From Clostridia bacterium (GTDB taxonomy: Bacteria > Bacillota > Clostridia > Oscillospirales > CAG-272), in contig JAGAKG010000041.1 of assembly GCA_017625755.1 (NCBI GenBank), positions 1,709 to 65,708 on the forward strand: DNA of 64,000 nucleotides. Reading direction: 5' to 3'. The translations under genes were made by a program, and so were the position numbers. Positions 37,792 to 46,561 of this stretch are shown one piece after another; the first letter of the stretch is position 1; each line of letters begins with the position of its first letter. The notes beneath the pieces are model-generated. The model was given only the letters and a program-made list of their open reading frames with translations, ran no database searches and was not told where the DNA came from.

Positions 37792-39039
37792 ATGACACAG
37801 GAACAGATCAAGGAAATTATCGAAAATTTCAATTCTCAGACACTCCCCAGGCTTAAAAGGCTCAAAAACTATTATTCGGGCAATCACGATATTCTTAATA
37901 AAACGAAGGATGCGGGCAAGCCGAACAATCAGCTCGTTAATAATTTTTGCAAAAACATCACCGACACGACAGTGGGATATTTTATGGGCACGCCCGTTTG
38001 CTATTCCTCGGACAGAGAGGAGCTTATCGGCAGTATAAGGCTCATAAACGATTATAACGACGAGCAGTTTATAAACAGCCGTCTTTCAAAGGATCTTTCT
38101 GTATACGGCGTTGCCTGCGAGCTTGTTTATTATGACGAGGATAAGATGATAAGAATAGCTCCGTGCGATGTTTTAAGCACGATACCCGTTTATTCGCCGT
38201 CAATAGATAGGGAGCTTAGCGCCGCGATAAGAATTTACGAGCTTGAAGACGCCGAGGATGAGGATACCGTAGGGCTTGAGATCTATGACAGTAATCTCGT
38301 AAGCTACTATTCGTACAACACCTCAAGCGGCGAGGCGGTTATGATAAGAAGCGTTCCGCATTATTTTGGGTTAGTGCCGATAAACTTCTATTATAATAAC
38401 TCCGATAAGACGGGTGATTTTGAGTCGGTAATGACACTTGTTGACGCGTATAACGAGCTTCAAAGCGAGAGCGTGAACGATTTTGAGCTTTTTGCGGATT
38501 CGTATCTTGCGGTTACGGGAATGAACGCGACAGACGCTGAGGACATAGCGAAGCTGCGTGAAAACAGAGTATTGCTTATTGACGAAGGCGGAGATGCAAA
38601 GTGGCTCACAAAGAGCGTGAACGATGCGTATATTGAAAACCTCAAGAAAAGAATATCATCAGATATCTACCGCTTCTCCGGCTCTGTTGATATGACGGAC
38701 GATGCAATAGGCGAAAGCGCGTCGGGAGTGGCGATAAAATACAGACTCCTTAACTTTGAAAACAGAGTTTCGGTTACGGAGAGATATTTTAAGAAATCGC
38801 TTATGCGCAGATACGAGATGATATGCAATATGCTAAACACTCTCGGAAACGACTACAGCGCGACGGAGATAAGGATAACCTTTACGAGAAATATTCCCGA
38901 AAATCCTATTGATAACGCGGATTACGCACAGAAGATGGCGGGGGTAGTGTCGAGAAAGACGCTTCTTGAAAGAATACCGTTCGTTGATGACGTGGATAGC
39001 GAAATGTCGCGGATAAGAGAAGAAAGCATTAATAATTAG
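37792..39039 (+). CDS. Portal protein (SPP1 Gp6-like)
   Basis: About 415 aa, directly after TerL. RLKRLKNYYSGNHDIL N-terminus and YRLLNFE pattern. Confidence 0.75.
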   Translation: MTQEQIKEIIENFNSQTLPRLKRLKNYYSGNHDILNKTKDAGKPNNQLVNNFCKNITDTTVGYFMGTPVCYSSDREELIGSIRLINDYNDEQFINSRLSKDLSVYGVACELVYYDEDKMIRIAPCDVLSTIPVYSPSIDRELSAAIRIYELEDAEDEDTVGLEIYDSNLVSYYSYNTSSGEAVMIRSVPHYFGLVPINFYYNNSDKTGDFESVMTLVDAYNELQSESVNDFELFADSYLAVTGMNATDAEDIAKLRENRVLLIDEGGDAKWLTKSVNDAYIENLKKRISSDIYRFSGSVDMTDDAIGESASGVAIKYRLLNFENRVSVTERYFKKSLMRRYEMICNMLNTLGNDYSATEIRITFTRNIPENPIDNADYAQKMAGVVSRKTLLERIPFVDDVDSEMSRIREESINN

Positions 39040-39047
39040 GAGGAAAA

Positions 39048-39599
39048 ATGGAGGAAGAAATTTTAAACGAGAAACAAAAAGAGGCTTTGGACACAGATAA
39101 TGTCGAGGCGAAAAACGCAGATATCGAGAAAACGGAAGCCTCCGAGGCTGAGCAGGAATTAAAAGAGCCGAGCAAGCCTGACGAGCAAAAAACGACACTC
39201 CCTGCGCCGAAAACGGAAAGCAGCGACAAGCTTGACTCGCTTGATGCGGAAATAAAAAGACTCAAAAGAGAGCTTGACGAGGAGAGAAAAAAGCGCATAG
39301 AGGGAGAAAGCAGGCTTTATTGTATGGAGGCTCTTGAAAAAAGAGGGCTTCCAAGATCGCTTTGCGAGTTTTTGACTGCTCAAAGCAACGATGAAACGGA
39401 CAAAAGAGTGGAGAGAGTGGCTGAAATTATAAAGTCCTCGGTAAACGAGGAAATATCAAAAAGGCTTCAAGGAGTGCCTCAGCCAAGCAAAAGCGCGCCC
39501 GTTATGTCAAAGAGCGCGTTTAAAAATCTCTCACTTGACGAAATGCAGCGCTTATATAAAACTGACAAAACACTTTATATGTCGCTTGCGAAAAAATAA
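39048..39599 (+). CDS. Capsid scaffolding protein (DUF4355-like)
   Basis: Acidic N-terminus, coiled-coil EIKRLKRELDEERKK, then ...LEKRGLPRSLCEFL. Position is between portal and capsid. Confidence 0.65.
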   Translation: MEEEILNEKQKEALDTDNVEAKNADIEKTEASEAEQELKEPSKPDEQKTTLPAPKTESSDKLDSLDAEIKRLKRELDEERKKRIEGESRLYCMEALEKRGLPRSLCEFLTAQSNDETDKRVERVAEIIKSSVNEEISKRLQGVPQPSKSAPVMSKSAFKNLSLDEMQRLYKTDKTLYMSLAKK

Positions 39600-39619
39600 A
39601 ATTATGAAAGGATAAAATT

Positions 39620-40690
39620 ATGCATACAATTTACGAAAATCAAATTCTTGAAAACAAAATGACCGAGCTTATCGATACTAAGCTCAATACAAGAGCTCTT
39701 ATGACTCTTGACACATCACTTGCCGAGGGCGCGGGTCTTCGCAAGGTTATCAACCGCTATACCTACAAGGGAACTGTTGAAAATCTTGAAAAGGGTGCGA
39801 AAAACACTGTGAAGGGAACTGTTTCCTTCGTACCTGAATATTATGATGTTAAGAGATATCAGCAGACCTTTGAATATAACGATATGGATGCTATGAGCGA
39901 TCCTTATATCGTTGAGGTAGCTATGAGAGGCGCGGCAAACGAGATCACAAATCAAATCAATAAGGAATACTTCAATGAGCTTTCCAAGATCTCAAGAAGA
40001 AGCCATTTTGACGGCGATGCCGTTACATACGCGGATATCGTTGACGCTCTTTCTCTTATAGATGTTGAGGTCGACAAGCAGCTCTTTATCATTATGGGCA
40101 GCGAGATGAGAAAGCAGATAAGAAAGGACCCTGATTTTGTTGCATCAAAGCAGGGCGAGATCCTTTATACAGGTCAATTCGGTACGCTTTGCGGAATACC
40201 CGTTCTCTTTTCAAAGCTCGTTGAGGGCGTAAAAGCCTACGTTACAAATCAGGATGCGGTGCGCTTCTTTGTAAAGAAGGAAGCCAGCGTTGAGCAGGCA
40301 AGAGATATCGAAACTAAGGACAACACCGTAGTTTACGAGCGTCACGGTCTTATTGCTCTTGTTGACGATACTACATCCTTGCAGATCGGTAAAAACATTC
40401 CCGATCTTAAGATATCCGTTAATGAGAATTCATCAACCTCAGACGGAATTACTATGGCTAAGGTTACTCCTACAAAATCGAACCCAAGCAATATTGTTTA
40501 CTATACTTATCAGGTAAGCGGGAAGCCGTTTTACGGAGATGCAATAAATCAATCCATTTGTGCGCAGCTCTTATCCGACGGTAATATTGCTCAGTTTAAT
40601 AAGGGTGAGAAGATAGAATTCTTTGAGGCCGAGCCCAACACGGGTCTTATTGTGGGCTATGCCGAATACACCTTTAAAACGAGCTTGTAA
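39620..40690 (+). CDS. Major capsid protein with a C-terminal extension
   Basis: 356 aa, directly after the scaffold gene. Assigned mainly by position and size; the family was not recognised by eye. Confidence 0.6.
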   Translation: MHTIYENQILENKMTELIDTKLNTRALMTLDTSLAEGAGLRKVINRYTYKGTVENLEKGAKNTVKGTVSFVPEYYDVKRYQQTFEYNDMDAMSDPYIVEVAMRGAANEITNQINKEYFNELSKISRRSHFDGDAVTYADIVDALSLIDVEVDKQLFIIMGSEMRKQIRKDPDFVASKQGEILYTGQFGTLCGIPVLFSKLVEGVKAYVTNQDAVRFFVKKEASVEQARDIETKDNTVVYERHGLIALVDDTTSLQIGKNIPDLKISVNENSSTSDGITMAKVTPTKSNPSNIVYYTYQVSGKPFYGDAINQSICAQLLSDGNIAQFNKGEKIEFFEAEPNTGLIVGYAEYTFKTSL

Positions 40691-40705
40691 TGAGGAGTGA
40701 GGGAA

Positions 40706-41035
40706 ATGGGATTTAAATCGGACAAAACACAGGACGAAATACTCAAAGAGGTATTGACGCTCCTTTCAATATCCGATAACGAAACGGAGAAAAACGTCGT
40801 TTCAAGCATCATTCCAAATGCGTTTCTCTATGCCTGCGAGTATTGCGGCATAGAGAGCGTGCCCTCGCATCTTCTTATACAGATGACGCTTGAGGATTAT
40901 TCCAAAATAACCTCAGCCGGACTTACCAAAAGATCGCTTTCATCGCTTTCCGAGGAATATCTCGATAATTATTCTCCCAAGGTTATGGCTATTCTTGATA
41001 AGCTGAGGGGCGAAAAAAGGCTTATATGTCTGTGA
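40706..41035 (+). CDS. Head-tail connector (gp6-like adaptor)
   Basis: About 110 aa. N-terminus ...DEILKEVLTLLSISDNE... is typical of Phage_connect_1-like proteins. Lies downstream of the capsid gene. Confidence 0.55.
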   Translation: MGFKSDKTQDEILKEVLTLLSISDNETEKNVVSSIIPNAFLYACEYCGIESVPSHLLIQMTLEDYSKITSAGLTKRSLSSLSEEYLDNYSPKVMAILDKLRGEKRLICL

Positions 41036-41044
41036 GGTGATGCT

Positions 41045-41374
41045 ATGTTAAAAACGAAGAAAAGACCTTACAGGGTATACAGGCTTGAAAAGGTATCGGG
41101 GGTTAGCATAGCTAAATTTATCGCAAGCGTTGGAATATGTGTGGCTATGACCTCTGACAGACGCGATATAGATAACGATGTTAAATGCGTATATCTTAAA
41201 AAAAGGTACGCAGCGGTTGCCGATTCGCATATTATAAAGGATGGAGATATAATCAGGGACGGCGATAGCTTTATGAGAGTTATCAGTGCGGTGTCATACG
41301 GAAACGAGAGCTATTTACATCTTGAAAGCACAGAGGTCTTCCAAGGAAGCGCGTTTGAATTTGAGGAGGCATAG
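41045..41374 (+). CDS. Head closure / head-tail joining protein
   Basis: 109 aa. C-terminal pattern IIKDGDIIRDGDSFMRVISAV......LHLES resembles SPP1 gp16-type proteins. Confidence 0.5.
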   Translation: MLKTKKRPYRVYRLEKVSGVSIAKFIASVGICVAMTSDRRDIDNDVKCVYLKKRYAAVADSHIIKDGDIIRDGDSFMRVISAVSYGNESYLHLESTEVFQGSAFEFEEA

Positions 41375-41375
41375 G

Positions 41376-41720
41376 ATGTTTGACGTTATTTTAAATAAGA
41401 TCAAGGACGCAGTTGACAGAAGCGTGCTTGACAGACTCGAAAAAGTAAACGAGGAGTGCGTTATCGTCAACATCGAGCCGCAAAGCTATGACGGAACAGT
41501 ATGCGATTCTACCGTAAAGGTGGTTTGCGTGTTCAAAAGCTATGAGGCATCACTCGATTGCTTTGACAAGGTGTGTGATGCGCTTTATTCGCTTCCTGCC
41601 GAGGATGGCGAGGTGCTCGATACTGTTCTTCAAAGCACGTTGATAAGATACGATACCGTATCGGGAATGACAAGACTTTTGGGAGAGTTTTCGGTATTTA
41701 CGCGCGGAGAGGAGGAATAA
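41376..41720 (+). CDS. Small neck / tail-completion-like protein
   Basis: 114 aa. GAGGAGG RBS inside the end of the previous gene. Function assigned by position only. Confidence 0.35.
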   Translation: MFDVILNKIKDAVDRSVLDRLEKVNEECVIVNIEPQSYDGTVCDSTVKVVCVFKSYEASLDCFDKVCDALYSLPAEDGEVLDTVLQSTLIRYDTVSGMTRLLGEFSVFTRGEEE

Positions 41721-41722
41721 GC

Positions 41723-42499
41723 TTGAAAATAACTAACGGCAGAGAGACTTTGGTTTTCGGAGAAGGGGTAAGACTTACGTCGTTTTCGGAGAAGGGCTTT
41801 TGGGTAGACAACAATCTTAACACTGTGGTTGACGGCTTTGGCTATCACAAGGAGAATGCTAAGGTCGGCGCGAAGCGAATGATTTTGAAGGGCTACATAG
41901 AAAAGGATATTGAAGCGAATAAGCGGCTTTTGAACAGAATTTGCGATCCCAGCGTTGCGTTTTGCCGGATATACGATGGGAATTATGTGCTTGAGGGAAG
42001 GCTTTACAAGGGCATAGAGTATTCGGATAGGAAAAACGACAAGCTCAAGCTGCTTGCCTTTACAGCGGAATTTTTTTGCCCCGATCCTGCATGGAAGGAT
42101 ACGGAGGAAAGAACGGAAATGCTCTATTCCTGCGGAAGCACCTCTTCGGGACAGGAGCCTCTCGTTTTACAGAACGACGGTGACAGAGAGGTCGGCTTTA
42201 AGCTTCGTATCGTTTTATCTTTGTCCTGCAAAAAAATAGAAATATCCTGCGATGACAAGAAAATAATTCTTTCGGGATCGTTTTCGGTCGGACAAAATAT
42301 CTATATAGATACAAGAAAGGGCGAATGTACCGTCAATATAACGCCTGTAAATTCAACCTCTCTTTCAAACGGAATGAGATATGTTTTGGCAGGCTCTGAA
42401 TTTTTTAAGCTTAAGGTAGGGACAAGCTCTATCGGATATGAGTTTAACGGCGGAGCAGGGCATCTTGTGGCGACATATACACAGGAGTATTTGAGATGA
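41723..42499 (+). CDS. Distal tail protein (Dit, Sipho_tail-like)
   Basis: KRMILKGYI, FFCPDPAW, LQNDGDREV, GSEFFKLKVG: the pattern of siphophage Dit proteins. TTG start 2 nt after the previous stop. Confidence 0.6.
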   Translation: MKITNGRETLVFGEGVRLTSFSEKGFWVDNNLNTVVDGFGYHKENAKVGAKRMILKGYIEKDIEANKRLLNRICDPSVAFCRIYDGNYVLEGRLYKGIEYSDRKNDKLKLLAFTAEFFCPDPAWKDTEERTEMLYSCGSTSSGQEPLVLQNDGDREVGFKLRIVLSLSCKKIEISCDDKKIILSGSFSVGQNIYIDTRKGECTVNITPVNSTSLSNGMRYVLAGSEFFKLKVGTSSIGYEFNGGAGHLVATYTQEYLR

Positions 42500-43485
42500 T
42501 GGATATAAAAATATACAATCCTGCCTTTGATCTTGAGGGAGTTATTGATTTCGTGAAGGAATATGATTATACCGAGGAGTTCAACGATTATTCGGAGTTT
42601 CATATGAGAGTGCCGAGCTCTGATAAGAACAGAGAGCTTTTTATAACGGATAATTATATTGCCTTTTCGGACAAGCTTTTTCTTATTGATCGCGTAGTCG
42701 CCTCGGAAAATGAGATATATGCAAGCGGAGTAAGCATTTTTGCGCTTTTCAGGGATGTTCTTATAGAAGAACCGCAGGTTTTCAAGACCAATCCTTACGA
42801 TACAGTCGCGGAGCTTGCCAAGCTTATCAGCATTCCGTATGCCACCTATGAGGTGTATACGATGCTTTGGAACAGCGAAATCACTTACAGTCAAATAAAC
42901 TGTGTAAATACGAGCGTTTACACCCAGATAAGAAACATTTGCAATATTTACGGCTTCGGCTTTCAGATGACGTTTTCTCCTGTTTCTAAAAGGATAATGT
43001 TTCAGATTATGCCGAAGCAGAAAAGGTACAGCGACGGCGGAAGCTTTGCTTACGCAATAAGCGATATGAGAAATATGTACGAGCGTTGCTCCGTTGAAAG
43101 CGATATGTCGAGCTATAAAAACTACGCTCATATTCCTTACGGATATATTGATGATGTATATACCTACGAAAATGTCGATCATCGAGTAAGTCCGACGAAC
43201 GAGAGAAAGCGCGCGATAAGCGTCAGTGTTCCTGCTATGCTTTCGTCAAGGGATCTTTCCGCTTCGTTAAGATATCTTGGCGAGATTGCGCTCTCTCATC
43301 ACAGGGAAATAATCAGATTTACCGTGGAGCTTTTAAAGGATGTCGATGCTTCGCCCGGGGATGTGTGCGATTTTGAGTGTAAAAGAGACGGATATTTTTG
43401 TCACGCGCTCGTAAAAAGAATAACGAGAGGAGAGAAGGACGGCGCTGCTTTTGTCAGGGTGGTGCTTGATAAGGAGCATGAATGA
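42496..43485 (+). CDS. Gp37-like (Tal N-terminal-like) tail/baseplate protein
   Basis: N-terminus MDIKIYNPAFDLEGVIDF...YSEFHMRVP...LFLIDRV resembles the ReqiPepy6 Gp37-like family that follows Dit in siphophages. Confidence 0.5.
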   Translation: MMDIKIYNPAFDLEGVIDFVKEYDYTEEFNDYSEFHMRVPSSDKNRELFITDNYIAFSDKLFLIDRVVASENEIYASGVSIFALFRDVLIEEPQVFKTNPYDTVAELAKLISIPYATYEVYTMLWNSEITYSQINCVNTSVYTQIRNICNIYGFGFQMTFSPVSKRIMFQIMPKQKRYSDGGSFAYAISDMRNMYERCSVESDMSSYKNYAHIPYGYIDDVYTYENVDHRVSPTNERKRAISVSVPAMLSSRDLSASLRYLGEIALSHHREIIRFTVELLKDVDASPGDVCDFECKRDGYFCHALVKRITRGEKDGAAFVRVVLDKEHE

Positions 43486-43738
43486 TATATCTAAGGAGCT
43501 TTGCGAGGAAAGAGCTCAAAGAACCGAAAAGCGTCTCGATAAGCATTCGTCTGCTATTGACGAGTTGTGCGCGTGCTCTGTAAAGCTTACCGAGATGATG
43601 AGAATACACAACGAAAGGATAGACGATCACGAATCGCGCTTGGGCTCGCTTGAAAAGCGTCCCGGAGATATCGTGGGAAGGGTGATTGATGCGCTTATCT
43701 CGGCGGTGACGGCGGCTATCGTTTGTATGATACTTTAG
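43478..43738 (+). CDS. XhlA-like lysis-associated membrane protein
   Basis: Coiled-coil N-terminus (RTEKRLDKH...HESRLGSLEKR) plus a single C-terminal TM (VIDALISAVTAAIVCMIL). The start is uncertain (43451, 43466 or 43478). Confidence 0.55.
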   Translation: MNDISKELCEERAQRTEKRLDKHSSAIDELCACSVKLTEMMRIHNERIDDHESRLGSLEKRPGDIVGRVIDALISAVTAAIVCMIL

Positions 43739-43752
43739 AAAGGAGGGGTATT

Positions 43753-43983
43753 ATGTTGAAAAAGATATTGAATAAGCTTTCAAGCAGAAAGTTTTGGGCA
43801 GCGCTTGTGGGCTTTGTTTCCACGATATGTGTTGCGCTCGGTGTAGATGCTCTTACGACTGAGCAGGTGTGCGCCGTTATAGGCGCTTGCGCTACGCTTT
43901 GCGTTTATATTCTTGCGGAGAGCTATATTGATGTTAAGAGCAATACATCCGAGGAGGCTGAAAAAGAAGAAAATAAATCTTAA
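43753..43983 (+). CDS. Phage holin
   Basis: 76 aa. AAGGAGGGG RBS. KFWAALVGFVSTICVALG and a second TM, followed by a charged tail. Confidence 0.65.
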   Translation: MLKKILNKLSSRKFWAALVGFVSTICVALGVDALTTEQVCAVIGACATLCVYILAESYIDVKSNTSEEAEKEENKS

Positions 43984-44052
43984 AAAACCTTTATTTTTTC
44001 CCCGTTATGTGTTAAAATTAAATTGATACAGAGAATGACGAGGTTTTGATAA

Positions 44053-44898
44053 ATGGTAAAGGCGATCATTTTTGATCTTGACGGTACGCTTTGCAATACC
44101 ATCGAGGATATAAGAACGGGTCTTAACGCGATGCTGACGAAGCTCGGATATAAAACGAGAAGCCGCGCGGATGTGATCAAATTTATAAATAACGGAGCGA
44201 AAACACTTGTACGCCGTGCCTTGCCCAAGGAGGTGCAGGGGGTGGAGTTTATCGTGGATAGCGCGCTTGAGGTTTATACTAACGAGTATGCAAAGTGCTA
44301 CTGCGAGTTTACCGAGGCTTATAACGGCATAGAATATATGCTTGCAGAGCTTAAAAGAAAGGGCTATAAGCTTGCTGTTTTTTCAAATAAGCAGGACAAG
44401 TTTGTTAAGGATATAATATCGAGACTCTTCAATAAAAAGCTGTTCTCCGAGGTGTTGGGACAGAGTGCGTTTCCTGCCAAGCCCGACCCGACGGGGCTTC
44501 ATTATATCGCGAAGCAGCTTGGTGTAAAGCTTTCGTCGTGCGTTTACGTCGGTGACAGTGACGTTGATATCAAAACGGCGCAGAACGCGGATATAGAGAT
44601 CATTGGATGTGATTGGGGATATCGCGGAGAGGAATTTCTTCGTTCTTGGGGAGCCGTAAGGATAGCAAAGCGTCCTGAGGATGTAGTCGAGCATATTCAG
44701 TTAATTGAGCTTGAGGAGCAGAAGCGCAGAGAGGAAAGAAAGCGCGCAAGAAGGAACAGACTTGCAAGAGCTTATGGCGAGGATGTTGCCGAGGAGACGG
44801 ATGAAAACGATTCTAAGACTGCGGAAGCTCAAGAGACGACAACGCAAGGCGAGCCCGAGATCACCGCAGAGGAAGAAACGGATATCACAAATGAATAA
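44053..44898 (+). CDS. HAD-superfamily phosphatase (phosphoglycolate phosphatase-like) with a charged C-terminal tail
   Basis: IIFDLDGTL...SNK...GDSDVD. The last ~70 aa are a K/R/E-rich, low-complexity extension. Confidence 0.8.
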   Translation: MVKAIIFDLDGTLCNTIEDIRTGLNAMLTKLGYKTRSRADVIKFINNGAKTLVRRALPKEVQGVEFIVDSALEVYTNEYAKCYCEFTEAYNGIEYMLAELKRKGYKLAVFSNKQDKFVKDIISRLFNKKLFSEVLGQSAFPAKPDPTGLHYIAKQLGVKLSSCVYVGDSDVDIKTAQNADIEIIGCDWGYRGEEFLRSWGAVRIAKRPEDVVEHIQLIELEEQKRREERKRARRNRLARAYGEDVAEETDENDSKTAEAQETTTQGEPEITAEEETDITNE

Positions 44899-44904
44899 TA
44901 AAAA

Positions 44905-44931
44905 AATCACGGCTTAGCACCGTGATTTTTT
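44905..44931 (+). terminator. Rho-independent terminator
   Basis: AATCACGG-CTTAGCA-CCGTGATT hairpin followed by a T run. Confidence 0.8.
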
Positions 44932-44991
44932 ATTGACACGCTTCATTTCGTATGATAAACTTTATATATATAACTATTATGAGGAGATATT

Positions 44992-46473
44992 ATGAAGCAA
45001 GTATTTAATCCATATCTGCCGCTTGACGAATATATTCCCGATGCCGAGCCTCACGTGTTTGGAGACAGGGTATATATTTACGGCTCACACGACAAGGAAA
45101 ATGGAGAAAAATTTTGTATGCTCGATTACGTTACATATTCTGCGAGCATCTACGATCTTAAAAATTGGCGATACGAGGGCGTTATATATAAGGCCTCTCA
45201 GGATCCCGAATACGATAAATATCAGTATATGTACGCGCCCGATGTAGTTAGAGGAAATGACGGAAGGTATTATCTTTATTATTCTATGGCGGGAGAGCAT
45301 CCTCACGGCTGCAGCTATAAGCTGAGCGTTGCCGTAAGCGACTTACCAAACGGAAAATTCGAGTATCTCGGATACGTAAAAAATCCCGACGGAACACCGC
45401 TTTCCGATTATCTTGTTTTTGATCCTGCTCTTATAAACGATAACGGCAAGATTCGCCTTTATTACGGAATGTGGTTTGATTTTATTGACGACGAAAAATT
45501 ATCCCGTGAGGATATTATAAAAAAAGAGCTTGAAATGTTCCCCAAAAAAACGCGCGAGCAGATAGAAAACACGCCCGACGGAATTATGGGCGCCGTTACC
45601 GTAGAGCTTTGCGATGATATGCTTACGGTAAAGAGCAAGCCGTATCATATAATTCCCGAAAGTGTCAAGGGTACGGAGTTCGAGGAGCATCCGTTTTTTG
45701 AGGCAAGCTCCATAAGGCGCGTTGGGGAAAAATATTATTTCGTTTATTCGTCATACAAAAATCATTCCTTGGCTTATGCTACGAGCGATTATCCCGATCG
45801 GGATTTCAAATATGGCGGAGTTATAATATCAAACGGCGATATCGGTCTTAACGGACGGTGCGACGAGGATAGGCTTATGCGTACGGGAAATATTCACGGC
45901 GGAATTGAAAAAATAAACGGTAAGTGGTATATATTTTATCACCGTCATACGCACAAGACGGAATTTTCAAGACAGGCGTGCGCTGAGGCGATTGATATAC
46001 TTGCTGACGGAAGCATACCTCAGGTTGAGATCACATCCTGTGGACTTAACGGCGGAGCGCTCGTCGCAGACGGAGAATATCCTGCACCCATATGCTGTAA
46101 TCTCACCAATGGGAAAATGCCTCATTTTGCGTGCGTTGGCGTTCGTTTGCCTCATATAACAAGCGGAAACGGCGAAAGATATTTAGCTGAAATCGAAAAC
46201 GGTACACTCGTAGGCTATAAGTATTTTGATTTTAAGAGCGTCAAAAAAATAGGAGTGGTATTCAGAAGCGCAGATGTAGCTCCAAGCGGAAAGCTGTTTT
46301 TGAAGCTCGGCATTGACGGAGATAGCGTAGGAGATATAGATATATATGCGCGGAGCGAGTGGACAAGGTCGGAATGTGATGTATCCATACAGGACGGAAT
46401 TTATCCGCTTTATTTTGAGTATCGAGGAGATGGCGCAATAGAAATCAAGGATTTTTATTTCATAGCAGGCTAA
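44992..46473 (+). CDS. GH43-like five-bladed beta-propeller glycoside hydrolase
   Basis: NPYLPLDEYIPDAEPHVFGDRVYIYGSHD and YAPDVVRGNDGRYYLYYS resemble GH43-type proteins. Subfamily unknown. Confidence 0.55.
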   Translation: MKQVFNPYLPLDEYIPDAEPHVFGDRVYIYGSHDKENGEKFCMLDYVTYSASIYDLKNWRYEGVIYKASQDPEYDKYQYMYAPDVVRGNDGRYYLYYSMAGEHPHGCSYKLSVAVSDLPNGKFEYLGYVKNPDGTPLSDYLVFDPALINDNGKIRLYYGMWFDFIDDEKLSREDIIKKELEMFPKKTREQIENTPDGIMGAVTVELCDDMLTVKSKPYHIIPESVKGTEFEEHPFFEASSIRRVGEKYYFVYSSYKNHSLAYATSDYPDRDFKYGGVIISNGDIGLNGRCDEDRLMRTGNIHGGIEKINGKWYIFYHRHTHKTEFSRQACAEAIDILADGSIPQVEITSCGLNGGALVADGEYPAPICCNLTNGKMPHFACVGVRLPHITSGNGERYLAEIENGTLVGYKYFDFKSVKKIGVVFRSADVAPSGKLFLKLGIDGDSVGDIDIYARSEWTRSECDVSIQDGIYPLYFEYRGDGAIEIKDFYFIAG

Positions 46474-46506
46474 AATTCTCTGGCTTGTATAATAATTGTA
46501 ACAAAA

Positions 46507-46554
46507 AACAGTGCTGTTAGCGTTCCTTAAGGATGACACGCAAACAGCACTGTT
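46507..46554 (-). terminator. Terminator hairpin between convergent genes
   Basis: AACAGTGCTGTT...AACAGCACTGTT stem with a T run on the minus-strand side (46501-46506). Confidence 0.55.
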
Positions 46555-46561
46555 TCCATTT

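Larger units (their letters stand above)
36165..43983 (+). mobile_element. Compact phage-like structural and lysis cluster (prophage remnant or domesticated/satellite-type element)
   Basis: Twelve co-directional, tightly packed phage genes. No integrase, repressor, replication, tail tube, tape measure or endolysin genes are present. Confidence 0.8.

Noticed and set aside
42301-43182. 293-aa ORF on the minus strand inside the phage-like cluster
   Set aside because: It is antisense to the Dit-like and Gp37-like genes, which sit in a tightly coupled plus-strand operon. The translation looks like noise.
36165-43983. Intact, inducible prophage
   Set aside because: The block has no integrase, repressor/antirepressor, replication, tail tube, tape measure or endolysin genes. 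At only 7.8 kb it cannot be a complete tailed phage genome.
44701-44917. Overlapping 69-70-aa ORFs on both strands at the end of the HAD gene
   Set aside because: They are alternative frames of the purine-rich region that encodes the charged C-terminal tail of the HAD phosphatase.
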